From contig CM052817.1 of the NCBI GenBank assembly GCA_028534125.1, forward strand, positions 23,128,001 through 23,192,000: a stretch of DNA of 64,000 nt, read 5' to 3'. Within the stretch, counting starts at the first letter, position 1. The number at the start of each line of letters is the position of its first letter. This document shows positions 51,051-64,000 of the stretch, in pieces. The stretch is from Lama glama. Taxonomy: Eukaryota. The notes beneath the pieces are model-generated. The model did no database searches. It worked only from the letters and a program-made list of their open reading frames with translations, and was not told the DNA's origin. A program made the translations under genes and the position numbers.

Positions 51051-53499
51051 TTTTTAAGTTGCCCTATTTAGCCCACTAAATATTTTGCAACTTTTGTGAG
51101 CAAATTTATATCTGCAAAACATTGTTTTAAAGTCAAATAACCCTAGATGACTTTTCTACAAGAAAATTGCAGCTTTCTGCCTCCTTTTATCCCTTCATTA
51201 CATTGCTGCTCTTCCATGTGATGTTCCACAGCTTGAATACAATGTATAATTTGGAATATGAGGGTTTGGTGCTCTTTCCTCATCCTGTTTTCTCTTCTTC
51301 TCACCCAACACTAAAACAAGATTTCATGTTTTTCATTACCCGGATTTACCGTAAAATAGGCCAGAACTTGAAACTCAAATGCCTAGCAAGCAGCTGGGTA
51401 TTTTACTTTTTACATCACTCTGGTTTATTTTCTTTTTAGGCATGTTTGTTTGCTTGTTTTGGTCTATATGTTTTCATTCTGATAAACAAGTACCTAAATT
51501 ATAACAATTTAAAACTGCTCTGAAATTAAGTCATGCTTAGGAGATAGATGCTTCTCGTCACACAATATTTGCATTACATTTACTATTACTTCATTATTTT
51601 GTATTTCTTTAAGTATAATTTACTGAACAGTTATTTTATTTGTCTCGCTTGGTAAAACTTATGTATAAAATGACATCAGAAAACATGTCACTTTTTTTTA
51701 AAGTCAAATTATAAATTAATCTATATATATTAAAGAGTTGTAATGACTTCCTACAAATGTCACATATCATCAGGAAACACTATGAATTGTCTAATATGGA
51801 AATCTGATTGTGATATTTCCCGACTTAGAAATCTTCATTGACATCTCTTGCTCACTGGGTGGGAGGGGCAGGAAGAAAAGAAGCCTTGCATCACTTTTCT
51901 GGTGCCTAAATTTTAAAATTCATCATAAGCCATTTCCAAACCTTCCTTCCCACTGTGCTCCTGCCACTAATGGTTGTACTTTTCAGAATATGCCATTGTG
52001 TGTTTACTTCATGTTTTCACATATGCAAAGCATATTGTCTCAAATGCTGTTCTCCATTTTGTGACCAATCAATATCTATCCAAATATGAAGCCCTCATTG
52101 AACATTTCTGACCTGTAAAGCTTTTGGCAATATTTTGGAAACAAGTTCAGCGTTTTTGTACCATCAGATATCTTAAATGTGACCCCACTGTAGCACTTAA
52201 AATGGCTACTGTGATCAATGTTTCATCTCTTCGTCTGCAGTTCATGACTGAATTCCTAAAGGGCAGTTATGATAATATTTCATTCACTTTTGCATACACA
52301 GGTCTTCGCTCTGATAAAGACTTTGTTTCAGGGAGAAATGTTTAACGACTAACTGATTGAAAAAATAGATTGATTAAACAATGTTGATCCTGTCTTGAGG
52401 AATACATCTGTGTAATAATCTACTTTGCTTTGGAGAGGTAGCCATACTTAAGGAATTATTAAGAAAATTTAAATACACAATAGAAATATTTTTGAAAAGA
52501 CAATTTTATAACATTTTATAACCTGATTTTTATAACTTTATTTTTTCTTATATCTTTAATGTACATATGTGTATTTATACACGTAATTTATAACTTAATG
52601 TGTAACTTTATTTTATAACTGTATGTGTATTTTCCTCTTAGCAAATTCTTAAAAAAAATTGAAAATCAGATTTTATTTCACTCATCTTTTTGACAAATTG
52701 CTTACTTTAAAAATTTTTGTTTCTGAGGTGAAACTTTTATTTTATACGTGAAAAGTGCAACAACCGCATTGCTTGACTCACCTCATGGTAGACTGTGAAA
52801 AGCAAAGAAGCAAAGACTTTATCCTTTTATCTTTGCCTTTGCTTTCATACCTTTTCATGAATTAATCACTTTGAGATAAATTGTGCAGTCATTATTCCTC
52901 TTGGAAAAACTTCTAACTGAAGTCAATTAATGAATCAGCTGAGAAAGCTGTAGCTTTACTAATTCTTACAGTGTTTAATCAGAAGGAAAATCTGTTTTAA
53001 TTTTATTTTATTTAGTCAGGGGGTCAGAATCAAGCAAATATGCCAATCTCTGGACAGTTTCTGAATCAAATAACTATTAACTTGAATTTATAAAAAGTTA
53101 AATCAGAAAAGAACATGAACTAGAAAAATGAACAATATTGCTTTGGTGATAGACTTCATAATTGAGAAAAAAGTATCTTTCGTGAGGCTGGTTGAAGGCA
53201 GGAGCTCTCCCTTACATGTTTATTATATATTAGCCCCTGGACTAGACACTACAATTTTTCATATTAAATTCCTTAAGTCTCCCTTAAAGAGAAAATTGCA
53301 AATCCTGATGAAAGGTTAAGAAGTTTAAATACAAACAGAAAAAGCAAACGTGGTATTATTACATGTGAAATTTATTTTAAGAGTCTTACATTATTTATGA
53401 CCTCATAACTAATGTAAATAAATAAAATAATTATGAAATATGTTATGCCTTCTAGAAATCACATTTCCAAACATTAATAATAAGTTCAAACATCACCTC

Positions 53500-53905
53500 C
53501 TCTACCATAAATTGTCTAATGGTAAAATAAGTCATCTCAAAAGTTAGAGGGTTAAAATACCATTAATTTACCTCACATGTTAATGGTAGGCTCTTAGGCT
53601 GGGTTCAGCTGGCTGGTTTTGCTAATCTGGATCACACTTGGCTAATATCAGTTGGTCTCTGTGTGTGTCTAAAGTCACATAGTAGTTTGGTTTGAAACAA
53701 AGAGTATGAAAGTATGCAAGATATCTTGAGTCCTACACTCAAAATCAGAAAAGTATTGCTTCTGCCTCATTTGGTTGGTCTAACTTAATCCCAGCTAAAT
53801 CAGATTTAAGGGACAGAAAAAGGAGGTGTTGTAAAATCACACATAATGAAAAGGCATTCATACAAGGAGGAACTGATTTGTGGCCGTTTTCACAGTCTAC
53901 AATAC
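53500..53905 (-). mobile_element. MaLR MLT1-like LTR
   Basis: 'ggctgggttcagctggctggttt', 'gcttctgcctcatttggttggtc' and 'tgtggccgttttcacagtctacaata'. Confidence 0.65.
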
Positions 53906-54117
53906 AATATCCTCCTTAAAGCTTTTGATAATCCCTAAGGTCTATTGTCTTCTGCCTCTTAACTTCCGTATCACTCGTGACATTATAACCGGGATGATGC
54001 CTTTATAAAAAACGAAAAACATAATGATATTATAGTGTTTTTTATTAAAATCTTTTGCACATAGGTGTTATTTTCTCTTTTTAGGCAATTATCTAGAATG
54101 CATAGACTTCATTTTTA

Positions 54118-54574
54118 TGCATTGGATTCATAAGGGTCCACCAGAGAAACAGAAACAAGAGGATGTGTGTGTGCACACATGGGTATATATGTGTTTGTGC
54201 GCACACACACACGTGTGTATATGTGTGTCTTGGTTGGGGGGTGATTTCAATAACATGGCTCGCACTGTTATGGAAGCTAGCAGGCTGGAGGTGCAGGAAA
54301 GAATTTATTTTGCAGCTCAAATCTGAAGCATACTGCAGGTAAAATTTTCTTCTCTGGGGAGTCAATCTTTTTTCTCTTAAGGCCTTCAAGACTTCAGCTG
54401 ATTAGATGAAGCCCACCCACTGCATGGAGTGTAATCTGCTTTAATCAAAATCTACTAATTTCAATGTTAATCTCATTTAAAAATACTTCACAGCAACATC
54501 TACACTAGCATTTGGCTAGTGAACATCTTAGTACCATGGTCTAACCAAATTGACACATAAAATTAACCTTCATA
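54118..54574 (-). mobile_element. MLT2-like (ERVL) LTR
   Basis: 'ccagagaaacagaa...ttcagctgattagatgaagcccaccc...ccaaattgacacataaaattaacc'. Confidence 0.9.
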
Positions 54575-55144
54575 CTTATCATTTACTATTCTCCACAGAA
54601 TTTCCAAATATCAGCATTTTAACTACAAATAATATTTCTAATAAATGCTACTGAAATAAATAAAGCAATAAGTGAATGAATGAAAATGGTATCTAAGCAA
54701 ATAAGAATAATTTCCAATTCAATGGAGGTAGAGTTAAAAAGGCACTATCCTTCCTCTCTGTCGAATATTATTCCTAAATAACAAGCTTGGTTAGAAATGC
54801 AAACTTAATTTCCATCGTCAATGATAATATGCATCATGGTATATAAAAAAGGGCTGCCAATGCAGTGAAGATCAAACCAGGGTGACAAAAATTGCCTAGA
54901 GAGGACAGCCTCTCTACACATCAAGCAGAGCCAGTAGAGTTCAGTTCTCCAAAGCAGACACCACACTAGGTAGGGGGAGAACAAACAAGCCCTTTTTTTG
55001 GAACCACTGGAAAGGAGTGCACAAGTTGGCATCATGATTCCCTTGGACCCTGTCACTACTGAATAGAAGGTGAAGACACATCAAAAGAGGAAAAGTAGAC
55101 ATGCCATCTGCCAGAAGCAATCTATCAGTGAGACTGAGTAAAGA

Positions 55145-55315
55145 TAAGAGAGGGAGGGAAGGAGGGAGAGAGGAAGAGAGAGCGAGAAACACACACACAC
55201 ACACATATACATACACATGGAGACTGAGATTACATTTTAAGTAACCAGTTAGCTACTGACCTCTGTTGGCTGAAGAATAAAAGCAAATACACACACACAC
55301 GCACACACACACACT
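55145..55315. repeat. GA-rich tract and two (CA)n microsatellites
   Basis: Read directly from sequence. Confidence 0.9.
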
Positions 55316-56389
55316 TAAGTGAGAAAACAGGCAGAATTTTTCTGTTAAACGTTGTGTTGGCTCATTTATTCACTTTAGACATTCTACAAATGGCTTGGCA
55401 AAAAAAAAATTATTTAATCCAAATCAAAGTAAATAAGAATAAAAGGATGCAACAGCAGATCTATACACAAACATCATGAAAAAAGAAGAAAAGATAACAA
55501 TAAAATGGCAGACAATGATCACTCATTGAAAAAATAGTGCTGTCCTTGGGCAGGTAAAACTTATGACCTAACACATTGCCATGAAGCCAGGGAAATAAAT
55601 GAGTAAGCAATATGATTTCAGCCTACGCACTTCGAAAACAATGTGAGCCAGTTTCTTGAAAACAGTCTCTCTCTCTCAACATATAGTTGACTCAACAGCC
55701 CCCACCACTGTAATAAAGCATCATGTCTATGGAAAACCATAGAACTGCAAACAAATTCCAAGGCTATCAATAAGCAAATGATTCATTTTTCAGTAGCATT
55801 GTTTTCACTTGATAAACTTTTTAAAATTTTAGCCTTTGTATCCTTCTCCCAGGCTGCCTGATATCCTCTGCCCAGCACCCCCATATTGTGCCTTTCCTGG
55901 GGATGGTGTTGGGGAGGGTGGGGAAGGAAATTATACCTATAGAGCTTGTAGAGCTACACCAGGAGTGGGGCCAACACCTCATCCCACCAGCTGGGTCTGG
56001 CCAGGGCATGGGGCAGCTCCCAACATCCCTGAGACCCAGAGGCTATGGCCAAGAGCCCCCATCCCCCATACCCACTCAAGACTTGGGGAGGAGGGGGATG
56101 GGGAGCATACCAAGATCCCCAGAGGCAGCTACAGGAGAGCAGGTCTTGCCAGGGAGAAGGCAAAGAACCAGTGAGATTTCTCGAGGTGCCTTTGTTTCCA
56201 GCCAGGGTTCCTTGACCTCTCCCTGAGATAGTGCCAACTACCTCCCTCTCCTACTTGCCAAGCCCGGAACCGGGGCACCCTGCCCCTTCCCACCAGCCAA
56301 CAAGAAACAAAAGTACTGAAAACACCAGGTTTTGCTGCTAGCTTGTAGCTGTATCTAGTTGTAGCTAGACAGTAGCGTTTTCCTACTTG

Positions 56390-56800
56390 GGGGAAAAAAG
56401 GAAAGTGATGTCTACCCTACCTCCTAGAGAAGTAAACTCAGGAGGAATGAAAGTTTTGAACACTAAAAATAAAATCCCAAAGGGATTAGTAGAAAATATG
56501 TGAGAATCTTTTGTGTAAACTACTAGTGGGGAAGGATTTTCTGAGGATGTCTTTAAAACTACAAGCAAAAAGGAAACCAATAATTAACATACATACACAC
56601 ATTTCATGGACATATGTACATGCATATTTATATACATATATGTATACATATATACATAATTCCTAGAAAAATCACTAAAAAACATGTTTTAAAAGTTTTT
56701 GTGGTAAAACCATCAAAGGCAATTCAAAATAAAATAATAATACAGGAAGATTATCTTTGCTATGGACTAATTTTCTTAAAACATACATTTATACTTATCC
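56390..56800 (+). mobile_element. Old L1ME-like ORF2 fragment
   Basis: 'tagaaaatatgtgagaatctttt...gtggggaaggattttctga'. Confidence 0.5.
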
Positions 56801-58589
56801 ACATTTGTTCACAGTATATGTATGTAATTTAAAAGTGTATATAATATATAATTATGTATAATTCTATCATGTTTCAGCATATTGTTACACTCTGTTTCGT
56901 ATTAAGGGAATCTACAGATTAAAAAAAATTTTTAAATTAAATGGCTTGCTTTTTCAGATCCATAAAATATTCTCTAACAAATATTGCCTATTAAAATTTA
57001 TCAGATAAATAACTTCATCTAATACTTACAAAGCCACAGAGAACAACTTCAGTGATTGCTATCAAAAATAATTCTTTTCCAATTCGTTATTTTCACATAG
57101 GAAACTATTTATACAAATGTTTATGTCTGTAGATATTTCATGATTCCTTATTCATCATATGCATTTAGAAAGATTAAAATTAAATTAATTTGTCTTGATT
57201 TGTGAGATAATATTTTCACTTTATAAAAAATGGTCCTATTTTAATTCATCTTTGTACCAGCTTGATAATTTGGCCTTGATATGATGTTATGAACTATGAA
57301 GAGAATCTTCTGATTAAAATGCTATCCTATGAACTTGATTTTGTTGTAATAAACTGTAAATGCTGATGGCTCTTTAAGTAGTTAATTAAAATTTTAAATG
57401 ATTGATCTACTGAAAAAACAAAGTAGGTTAGATATTTTTCTAGCGACAAAGAGCCACTTAAAATAATTCTTATATTGTTATTTTTTTCTTTGCTCTTACT
57501 CCTCACATGAACATTTTCTTTTAAAAACAAATCTTTATCATTAGCCATAACCTCTCTTTATTTTCTCATTAACAAAATAGTATTAAAAAAATGAGTGTAT
57601 CTTGGCCTAATCCATTCTTGAGTCAGTTTTGTTATGTTTTAATTAGAAATATGAATCTAAAGTAGCCTCCTAAATTGAAAGATAATCTCTTTTTGATTGT
57701 GCCACTAAGAATAATCTGTAGAGTAAAATATATTCATGCCTAACTCTGGTCAAATATGTATCTTTACAGAAGAAAAATCAATGTAGTGGGAAGATTTTTA
57801 AATTGCATAAGGCTTCTTTTTGTAATAAGGCATTTCAAAATACAACATACTTTTATGTCAGGAGTATTCGTTTTGTATTGCTAGCATTTGACCTCGATCA
57901 TTTGTTCTTGGATTAGGTGTTCATACTGTGGTTTTGTGGGACTTCTATGGAATTACATTTAAATGGGTGCAAATTCTGTTTTATCTTGAATTAGTTGTGA
58001 CCTTGATTAAGTAATTTTTTTAAACAGTCACATGAGATTTCTGTCTAATATTTTCTAATTAAGTATACTTATGGAACTTTTAAAATTTCTTTTTTTCTTG
58101 CCTTAAATTTTATTTGAGCTGTTATTCTTTATTGTCACCATAAATACTTTCAGAAACAAAATGGGAAATAAGAAGCATAGAAAGGAAAGGACAATGAAAG
58201 AGAGGCAGGAAGAGAAGAAAAGGGATAAGGAGAAAGAATGGAAGGGAAGTTAATTTGTGCACATTTTTTCTGCTAATTTCTGGACATTTGTGCTAATTTG
58301 CTAGATCTGTATATCTTAGTATTCACCATGGTAGAGCCTACATTTTAAAAAAATACCAAAATGTAAAAGGGAAACCAAATAACTTCTTACAGAAAACTCT
58401 TCCACATTCATCTATATTTTGGAAAGAAAGAGTAGTTTCATAACAGTGAATCAAAATCTTGAAAGAATAATATGACTGATAAATTTGAGTGCAATGAAAA
58501 TGTGTTGGTAGGTCATATCTATTGTGTGTGTGAGTATGTAAATTACATCACAGGTGAAAATCTAGTAGATGTAGTGTGGAGAGTGTTCT

Positions 58590-59090
58590 AAAAGTCAATT
58601 ACAAACAGCAAAACACTTACAGAAGAACAGACAAATTAGGGCAGTCCACAGAAAAATTAATTTGGTTACATGTCATTTAAACTTAGGAAAAATACTTGAA
58701 CTCATGTAAGTGTGAGCGTAATTTAAATTTAAACTGAGATCTCATTTTTGGCTCAGTTTTGTGAACTAAAGATTTGAAAAAAAATCCAAAAGTTTAACAA
58801 CACATGCCATTTTGAGACTGCGAGGATTCATACACTCTTAGGCTGGAGGCAAATGGAATAGCCCAGAGACAAAAATAACAATATCTAATGAAATACATGT
58901 CAACTAGAACATTGGCTCACAAGTTGTCGTTCAGCATTCCATCTCAGTTATGAACCAGCAAACATGCAAAGTGACATATGCATAAAATAATACTTTGAAT
59001 TGCAAATGACTGGAAAGAACTGAAATGTCCTAAAATTGTGTATTGGTTGAGTAAATTATGAAATAACACGATGAAATACAAATGCAGTCC
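58590..59090 (+). mobile_element. Old L1ME-like 3' fragment
   Basis: 'aaatttaaactgagatctcattttt' and 'gcaaatgactggaaagaactgaaatgtcc...ttggttgagtaaattatg'. Confidence 0.6.
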
Positions 59091-60264
59091 CCAAAACATT
59101 TACACTTTCAAACTGTTTCGTCATGAATCATAATTTATGTGACTTACCTATAGATTAGAAACGAATCCTCATTAGGAAAATAGCCACCCCAAAAGTGAAT
59201 ATGTCATTTTTTTTTTCTGCACTATTTTTAGACAAGTTAAAGATCATGTAAGGAAGTCTTTGGGGGAGAACCTGGGCTTTGAACTGAATACTAAGAAATG
59301 ATGGTATTTTGGAAAGTGAAAAGTATAAAGAGGTAAATCCGCATAGGTGGAAAGTACAAGCTGTTCTTAGGGGAGAGAAAGCTCAATAATTTCTAAATGG
59401 TCATTTTATCCAAAGGCTTGGGGAGTAGCAGGCGGGCAGGCATATTCTAGAGATGCTGTTAGAAATGAAATGACCACTAGCAAATTAAATTGTATTGGGC
59501 ACAAAGTATATTCAGTTGCCACTGTTGCAAGCACTTTAAAAATCTTTCATTGAATTTTCATAGCAATATTTATCCCCAAATTACATTTGTAGTGAAGGAA
59601 GATTGATGTGAAATCAAAGCCTCCTCTGGTCATGACTGCCAGTGGCTTAGCACACTACTTTCTTTTGCTCTCAAGGCTACATTTTGAGCTGTTTTATTTG
59701 TTGAGGGAAATAGTGAAATCAATAAGAATACTGTCATAGTCTGTAAATGACTTACTGCGAATGAAAAGAATGGGGTTAATGTTCCTTTATCTGAACAACA
59801 TCAAAAGAAATACACAAACAAAACAAACCAGAATAGCATCTATAGATCCATTATTCATAACATCAGTGTTGCCAAATAGAAAAGCGATTCCAACGTGCTT
59901 TCTGTCGTTCTGAAAGAAATATATTTATTTGTGACGTGTTTTGTATTCTAATCCACAGTACCATTATGAAATCTATAGAAATCACTTAGCTAGTCAGTTA
60001 TGTCAGAATTTTTATGGGAAATGTAAAACAGTGACAATGAAAGCTTGGATGAAGTGCCCCAAATTTTGGAAGCCAGTTGTGGTTTTCCAGTTAGCGGAGG
60101 GTCTGCATGGAATTTCCTAGTTTTTTCCATAAATTAGCTAAGATAGGATACTCACAGGCAGCTCTCATATAACCTTTCATCCATATTCAGTACTGAGAGC
60201 TTTAATTCCTGGGTTATTCAAAATGTTTGCACATAGAGATTATGGCAAATTGTAGATAATTGCT

Positions 60265-60396
60265 GTTGTGGTTAATTTTATGGGTCAATTTGATTTGATT
60301 AAGTGATGCCCAGAGAGCTCGTAAACATTATTTCTGGGTAAAGGTGTCTCTGGAAGAGATTAAAAGAAAGATTTAAAGAAAAAAAATTAGCATTGA
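60265..60396 (+). mobile_element. MLT2 LTR 5' fragment
   Basis: 'tggttaattttatgggtcaatttg...gatgcccagagagctcgtaaacattatttctggg...ctggaagagatt'. Confidence 0.8.
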
Positions 60397-63300
60397 CTAT
60401 ATTTAGACTTAATTAATAGATATACTGTTATTTAAACATACTATCATTGTAGAAATTATTTCAATAATGGTATATGAGAATTATGTTCCGGATTCTTTTT
60501 CGGGTTCTGAAAATACAAGAAAAAATTGTACTTAATTTAGTGTAGCTTATAATGAGTTAATGAAAACTTTATATTACTGAAACTGTTGGAGATAGTTTTC
60601 ATTCTCATAATATTAATAAAGTATGATTCTGTAAGTAAAAGGAAGCAATTTAACTACCACTTTTCTTATTTAACCAGGTATTAGGGGAAATTAAGCTTCT
60701 TGCTTCTAATGTAACATGTTTGGAGAAAAATGACTCCCGAGAAGCTGGTCTGCTTTGTTGATAATTTGCAGGAATAAGGAAAGTGCTATAAAGTTCTCAG
60801 CGTCGGTATATTACTAAACTGCTGTAGTTGGCACAAGCTGGTTCAGCTCTTCATGGCCTGACCCTGTGTAGGTTAGAAGACAAGTGCGCTGCAGTTTTAA
60901 AGAGGGACTTTGATGACGTTTCCTGTCAGGCGTGTTCAGTCCACGTGGAAGAATGTCACGAGCTTGACAGGACTCTGTCCCAAGAACAGGGTGTAGAAAG
61001 TTGGATCGAGGGGCTTTATTTCTGTTGATTCTTTTTTGATTCTCTACAAGCATTTATTATATTTTAGAGTATGGTGTGGATAATCTCAAATTTGAAGCGT
61101 GTTTTCAAGGCTTATGAAGATTTTAATAACCTGGTCCAAAAGTCTTTTGAAACAGTTTATCTCAGTGTCATCCAGTAGGATGACATTGAAGGAAATCAGT
61201 TGTTTTGTAACTGAAACTTAAGAGAATTAGAAAGCATGTGTATTAAGTGAGAGCTGTTAGTGATGAAGAGTAAAGGAAAAAAAAAAAAAACTGTCCCTCT
61301 AGGACTCACCAGGAGAAGTAGAAACACTTTGATGTGACTGAAAAAAAGGAGTAGCCTTTTAATTTACAGGAAGCTCAGTGTGAAAGAGGGGAGGACAAGA
61401 TAGGAGTATAGATGAGGGTGCTTCTAGCTTCTCAATTAGAGAATTTACAGTATCTAGGATGTTCATCAGAAAACTTCAAAACATCTTTTTCTTTTTCATT
61501 TCTTAAAATTAGGAGTTGGTTCACATAATTTAAGAAGTTACAATGTTAGTGATGAAATTTCTCAAACTACAACAGTTTTAAATGAAGAAATTAATCACCA
61601 AATATATTGTCTTATAAAACTTATGGTCAGAAAGTGACATTGCATATTTCCTTATTAAAGAAGAAATTATCTTATAATTGACAAAATGACTTTTTAGAGA
61701 TTTTAATATATGCTACATTGTGAAATTACAAAACTTCAGCTTCAGTTCATTATGAATTTGTTTCTAGATCAAATATATGGTTTGTTCAGATATAGCTAGA
61801 GCCAAAATACAATCATCATCTCTGAATTGTTTTTAACTTAGTGAAATGTCTGAAGTAATTGAAAAGTGAAAAGTTTAAGGCTAACACTGAAAGCAAATCT
61901 AATTAACAACTATTTTTTTCTTAGTTTAGAATCTTATTTCTCAATGAAAGCATACATATGAAAATTATAGTGCTATATAGTGAGACTTTAAAATTAATTT
62001 TACCTAGAGTGTTAGGAGAAAAAAACGATTGAGATTAAAATGCTCACTCTGCAACAGTCTTTTGCCTTCTTAAATAAGTTCGTAATATAAACATTTTATG
62101 ATTCTAATTTTCAATTCTAATCCAGTTACACAGTTTTAGATGTGTCATTTTTTTAAATGGAGTTTATTCAGCAACAGTTTATTCAGAAAATAAATATACC
62201 TACTTAATTTTAATAGATGTATTAAAAATAATAATTTTGTAAGTTATTATATTGAATTTCTGAGTTGATACCTTTTTTGTTATTTCTTGGCTTTCTTTAT
62301 GGGATCTTTTTTACACTTAGGAAAACTTTCCACTAAGAATGTGAAATTATGTCATAAGCATTTTATGTGTATGTATTTAATACATGGTGATTTGGATTTG
62401 GCTTTTACATCTTAATTAAATATATGAGTAGGCATATAGTGCCTTGTTCTAAACATTAAATTCATCTTTAAGTAAAGATATCATTGTTTTGCTGAATTAC
62501 AAGGAATTGTGTACATCAGTTTGTCCTAATGTTCTCGAGAAGGGCTTATGTTTTGTCTTGTTTTTGTTTTCTCCTTCAAATACCCTTAACAGCTCCAGAT
62601 TTTTTTTAAGGAAACTACTTCATCCACAATCGCTGTTGGACAAATCGCCCAGCAATTCTTTATGCACTGGTGACCGTGTTGGTTGCCATGTAAATCATCT
62701 CCATAGTCACAGTTGAGTGGATTACAGGATAGATATCAATAAGGGACTGGGAGAAAAATCTTCCCAAAGATATCAGTAGATATTTGTGCCAAATGATATT
62801 CTTTATTGTGAGGACAGGAACTGACACCAAAGGATATACATACAGAAAAGGCCATACACAAATATCATGGACAATACAAGCCATGGTTAACAAAATTACA
62901 TGTCATCAAAAGCTATGTAAGTGATAAGCAGCCATGAGGAATGAAATGGAATAAAGAATGAGGCTGTGTGTGGCCAGATTAGAAGAGCAAAAATTGACAC
63001 AGGTACTGAGGTATCAGGTGGAAATCCAAGAACACCAGCTGTTCAGGTACCAATAAGATGATCTGATTATATTATGTAGCATGTTGGAGACATGTGTGTG
63101 TTTGAAAGAGAGTTCCTATCAGAAACTAAAAACCATTTTAGAAATGGGGCTTAAAGAGTCAAATATTATGTATTATATAGTCTCTAAGAAGCATCACTCA
63201 ACTAGGAAATTAGACTGTATTTCTAATTAATTAAAAACATTACTAAGTACTGAGGAAAATTCATATGTTTGATATTTTAAATATAAAAATGTGAATTTTT

Positions 63301-63439
63301 TATATAACCATGTTGAAAATGGGGAAAAAAGTGTCTACATATATATTGTTACTTATTTGGATTAATTTAGCAGAGTAGATCTCAAAATTTGATGTATGTC
63401 AAAATAACTGAGTAACCTGTTACATTAAAAAAAAAATGG

Positions 63440-64000
63440 CTGTGGCTGGCTCATTTCACTCATTAATGTCCTCTAGGTTCATCCCTGTTGTCACAAGTGG
63501 TGGAGTTTTCTCCTTTTTGTAAGGCTGAATAACATTCCACTGTATGTATGTTTCACGTTTTCTTTATCCATTCACCTGTCAATAGACACTTGAGTTGTTT
63601 TCATATCTTGACTATTGTCACTAATATTGCAATGAACATGGGAGTGCAGATGGCTCCTTCATATTCCTTTGGATTTTTACCCATTGATTCCACTTACTTG
63701 GAAATCTAAGGTAGTCAAACTCTTAGAAACAGAGAATACAGTACCAGTTGCCATAGGTAAGGTGTTGAGAGAAATAGGGTGTTATATTTCCATTGGTAAA
63801 AAATTTCTTACACTAGACGAATAATTTCTAGAGATCTGCTATAAAACATGCCTACAGTTACAACATGATATTGTGCACTTCAAAATTTGTTAAGAGGGTA
63901 ACTCTTTATGCTGTGTTCTTACCCAGAGACAAACAAAAAGCGAAGGATGCAGGAAACTCTCTGAGGTACTGGTTGTGTCTACCACCTTGATTGTGGTGAT
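63440..64000 (+). mobile_element. L1 (L1MA/MB-like) 3' region with inverted 5' segment; continues beyond the window
   Basis: Antisense L1 at 63440-63683 ('ctggctcatttcact...ttctttatccattcacctgtc...tttggatttttaccca'), then sense 3'UTR from 63684 ('tgattccacttac...gtagtcaaactcttagaaacagagaat'). Confidence 0.85.

Noticed and set aside
60661..61030. Acceptor-like site and 66-aa ORF (RLEDKCAAVLKRDF...)
   Set aside because: Early stops in all frames after the acceptor and no recognisable protein.
62489..62893. Exon-like segment and two short ORFs
   Set aside because: No recognisable homology or consistent splice pair.
1..64000. CRISPR arrays, operons or prokaryotic defence systems
   Set aside because: The sequence is mammalian, with no repeat-spacer arrays or long intact ORFs.

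Overview
Mammalian genomic DNA, AT-rich and repeat-dense, with no host protein-coding exon, RNA gene or CRISPR array that I can support. The L1 3' ends and L1 5'UTR resemble camelid/cetartiodactyl L1 from memory. I saw no Alu, B1/B2, Bov-tA, PRE1 or CanSINE, so a camelid origin is plausible but is an inference. Most of the window is decayed L1, L2, MIR, MaLR/MLT and DNA-transposon sequence, with a 500-N assembly gap (7596-8095) directly after a CpG-rich L1 5'UTR. The most informative locus is 43.1-50.5 kb. There, a minus-strand gammaretrovirus-like provirus (43848-49371; GGAG target-site duplication, tRNA-Arg PBS, PPT, degenerate pol, gag/pro and env largely deleted) sits inside the gag of an older plus-strand class-III-like ERV that also carries an env TM remnant. 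The two LTRs of the inner provirus differ strongly despite the intact TSD, and its ~1.3-kb leader carries extra Gag-like motifs. Other notable items are a piggyBac (Looper-like) transposase fossil, nested solo LTRs with TSDs, a poly(A)-only insertion and twin-primed L1s. I found no convincing evidence of a new functional biological system. Family names come from recall of consensus sequences, not from a database search. All translated ORFs in the track are TE-derived, N-artifacts or chance.
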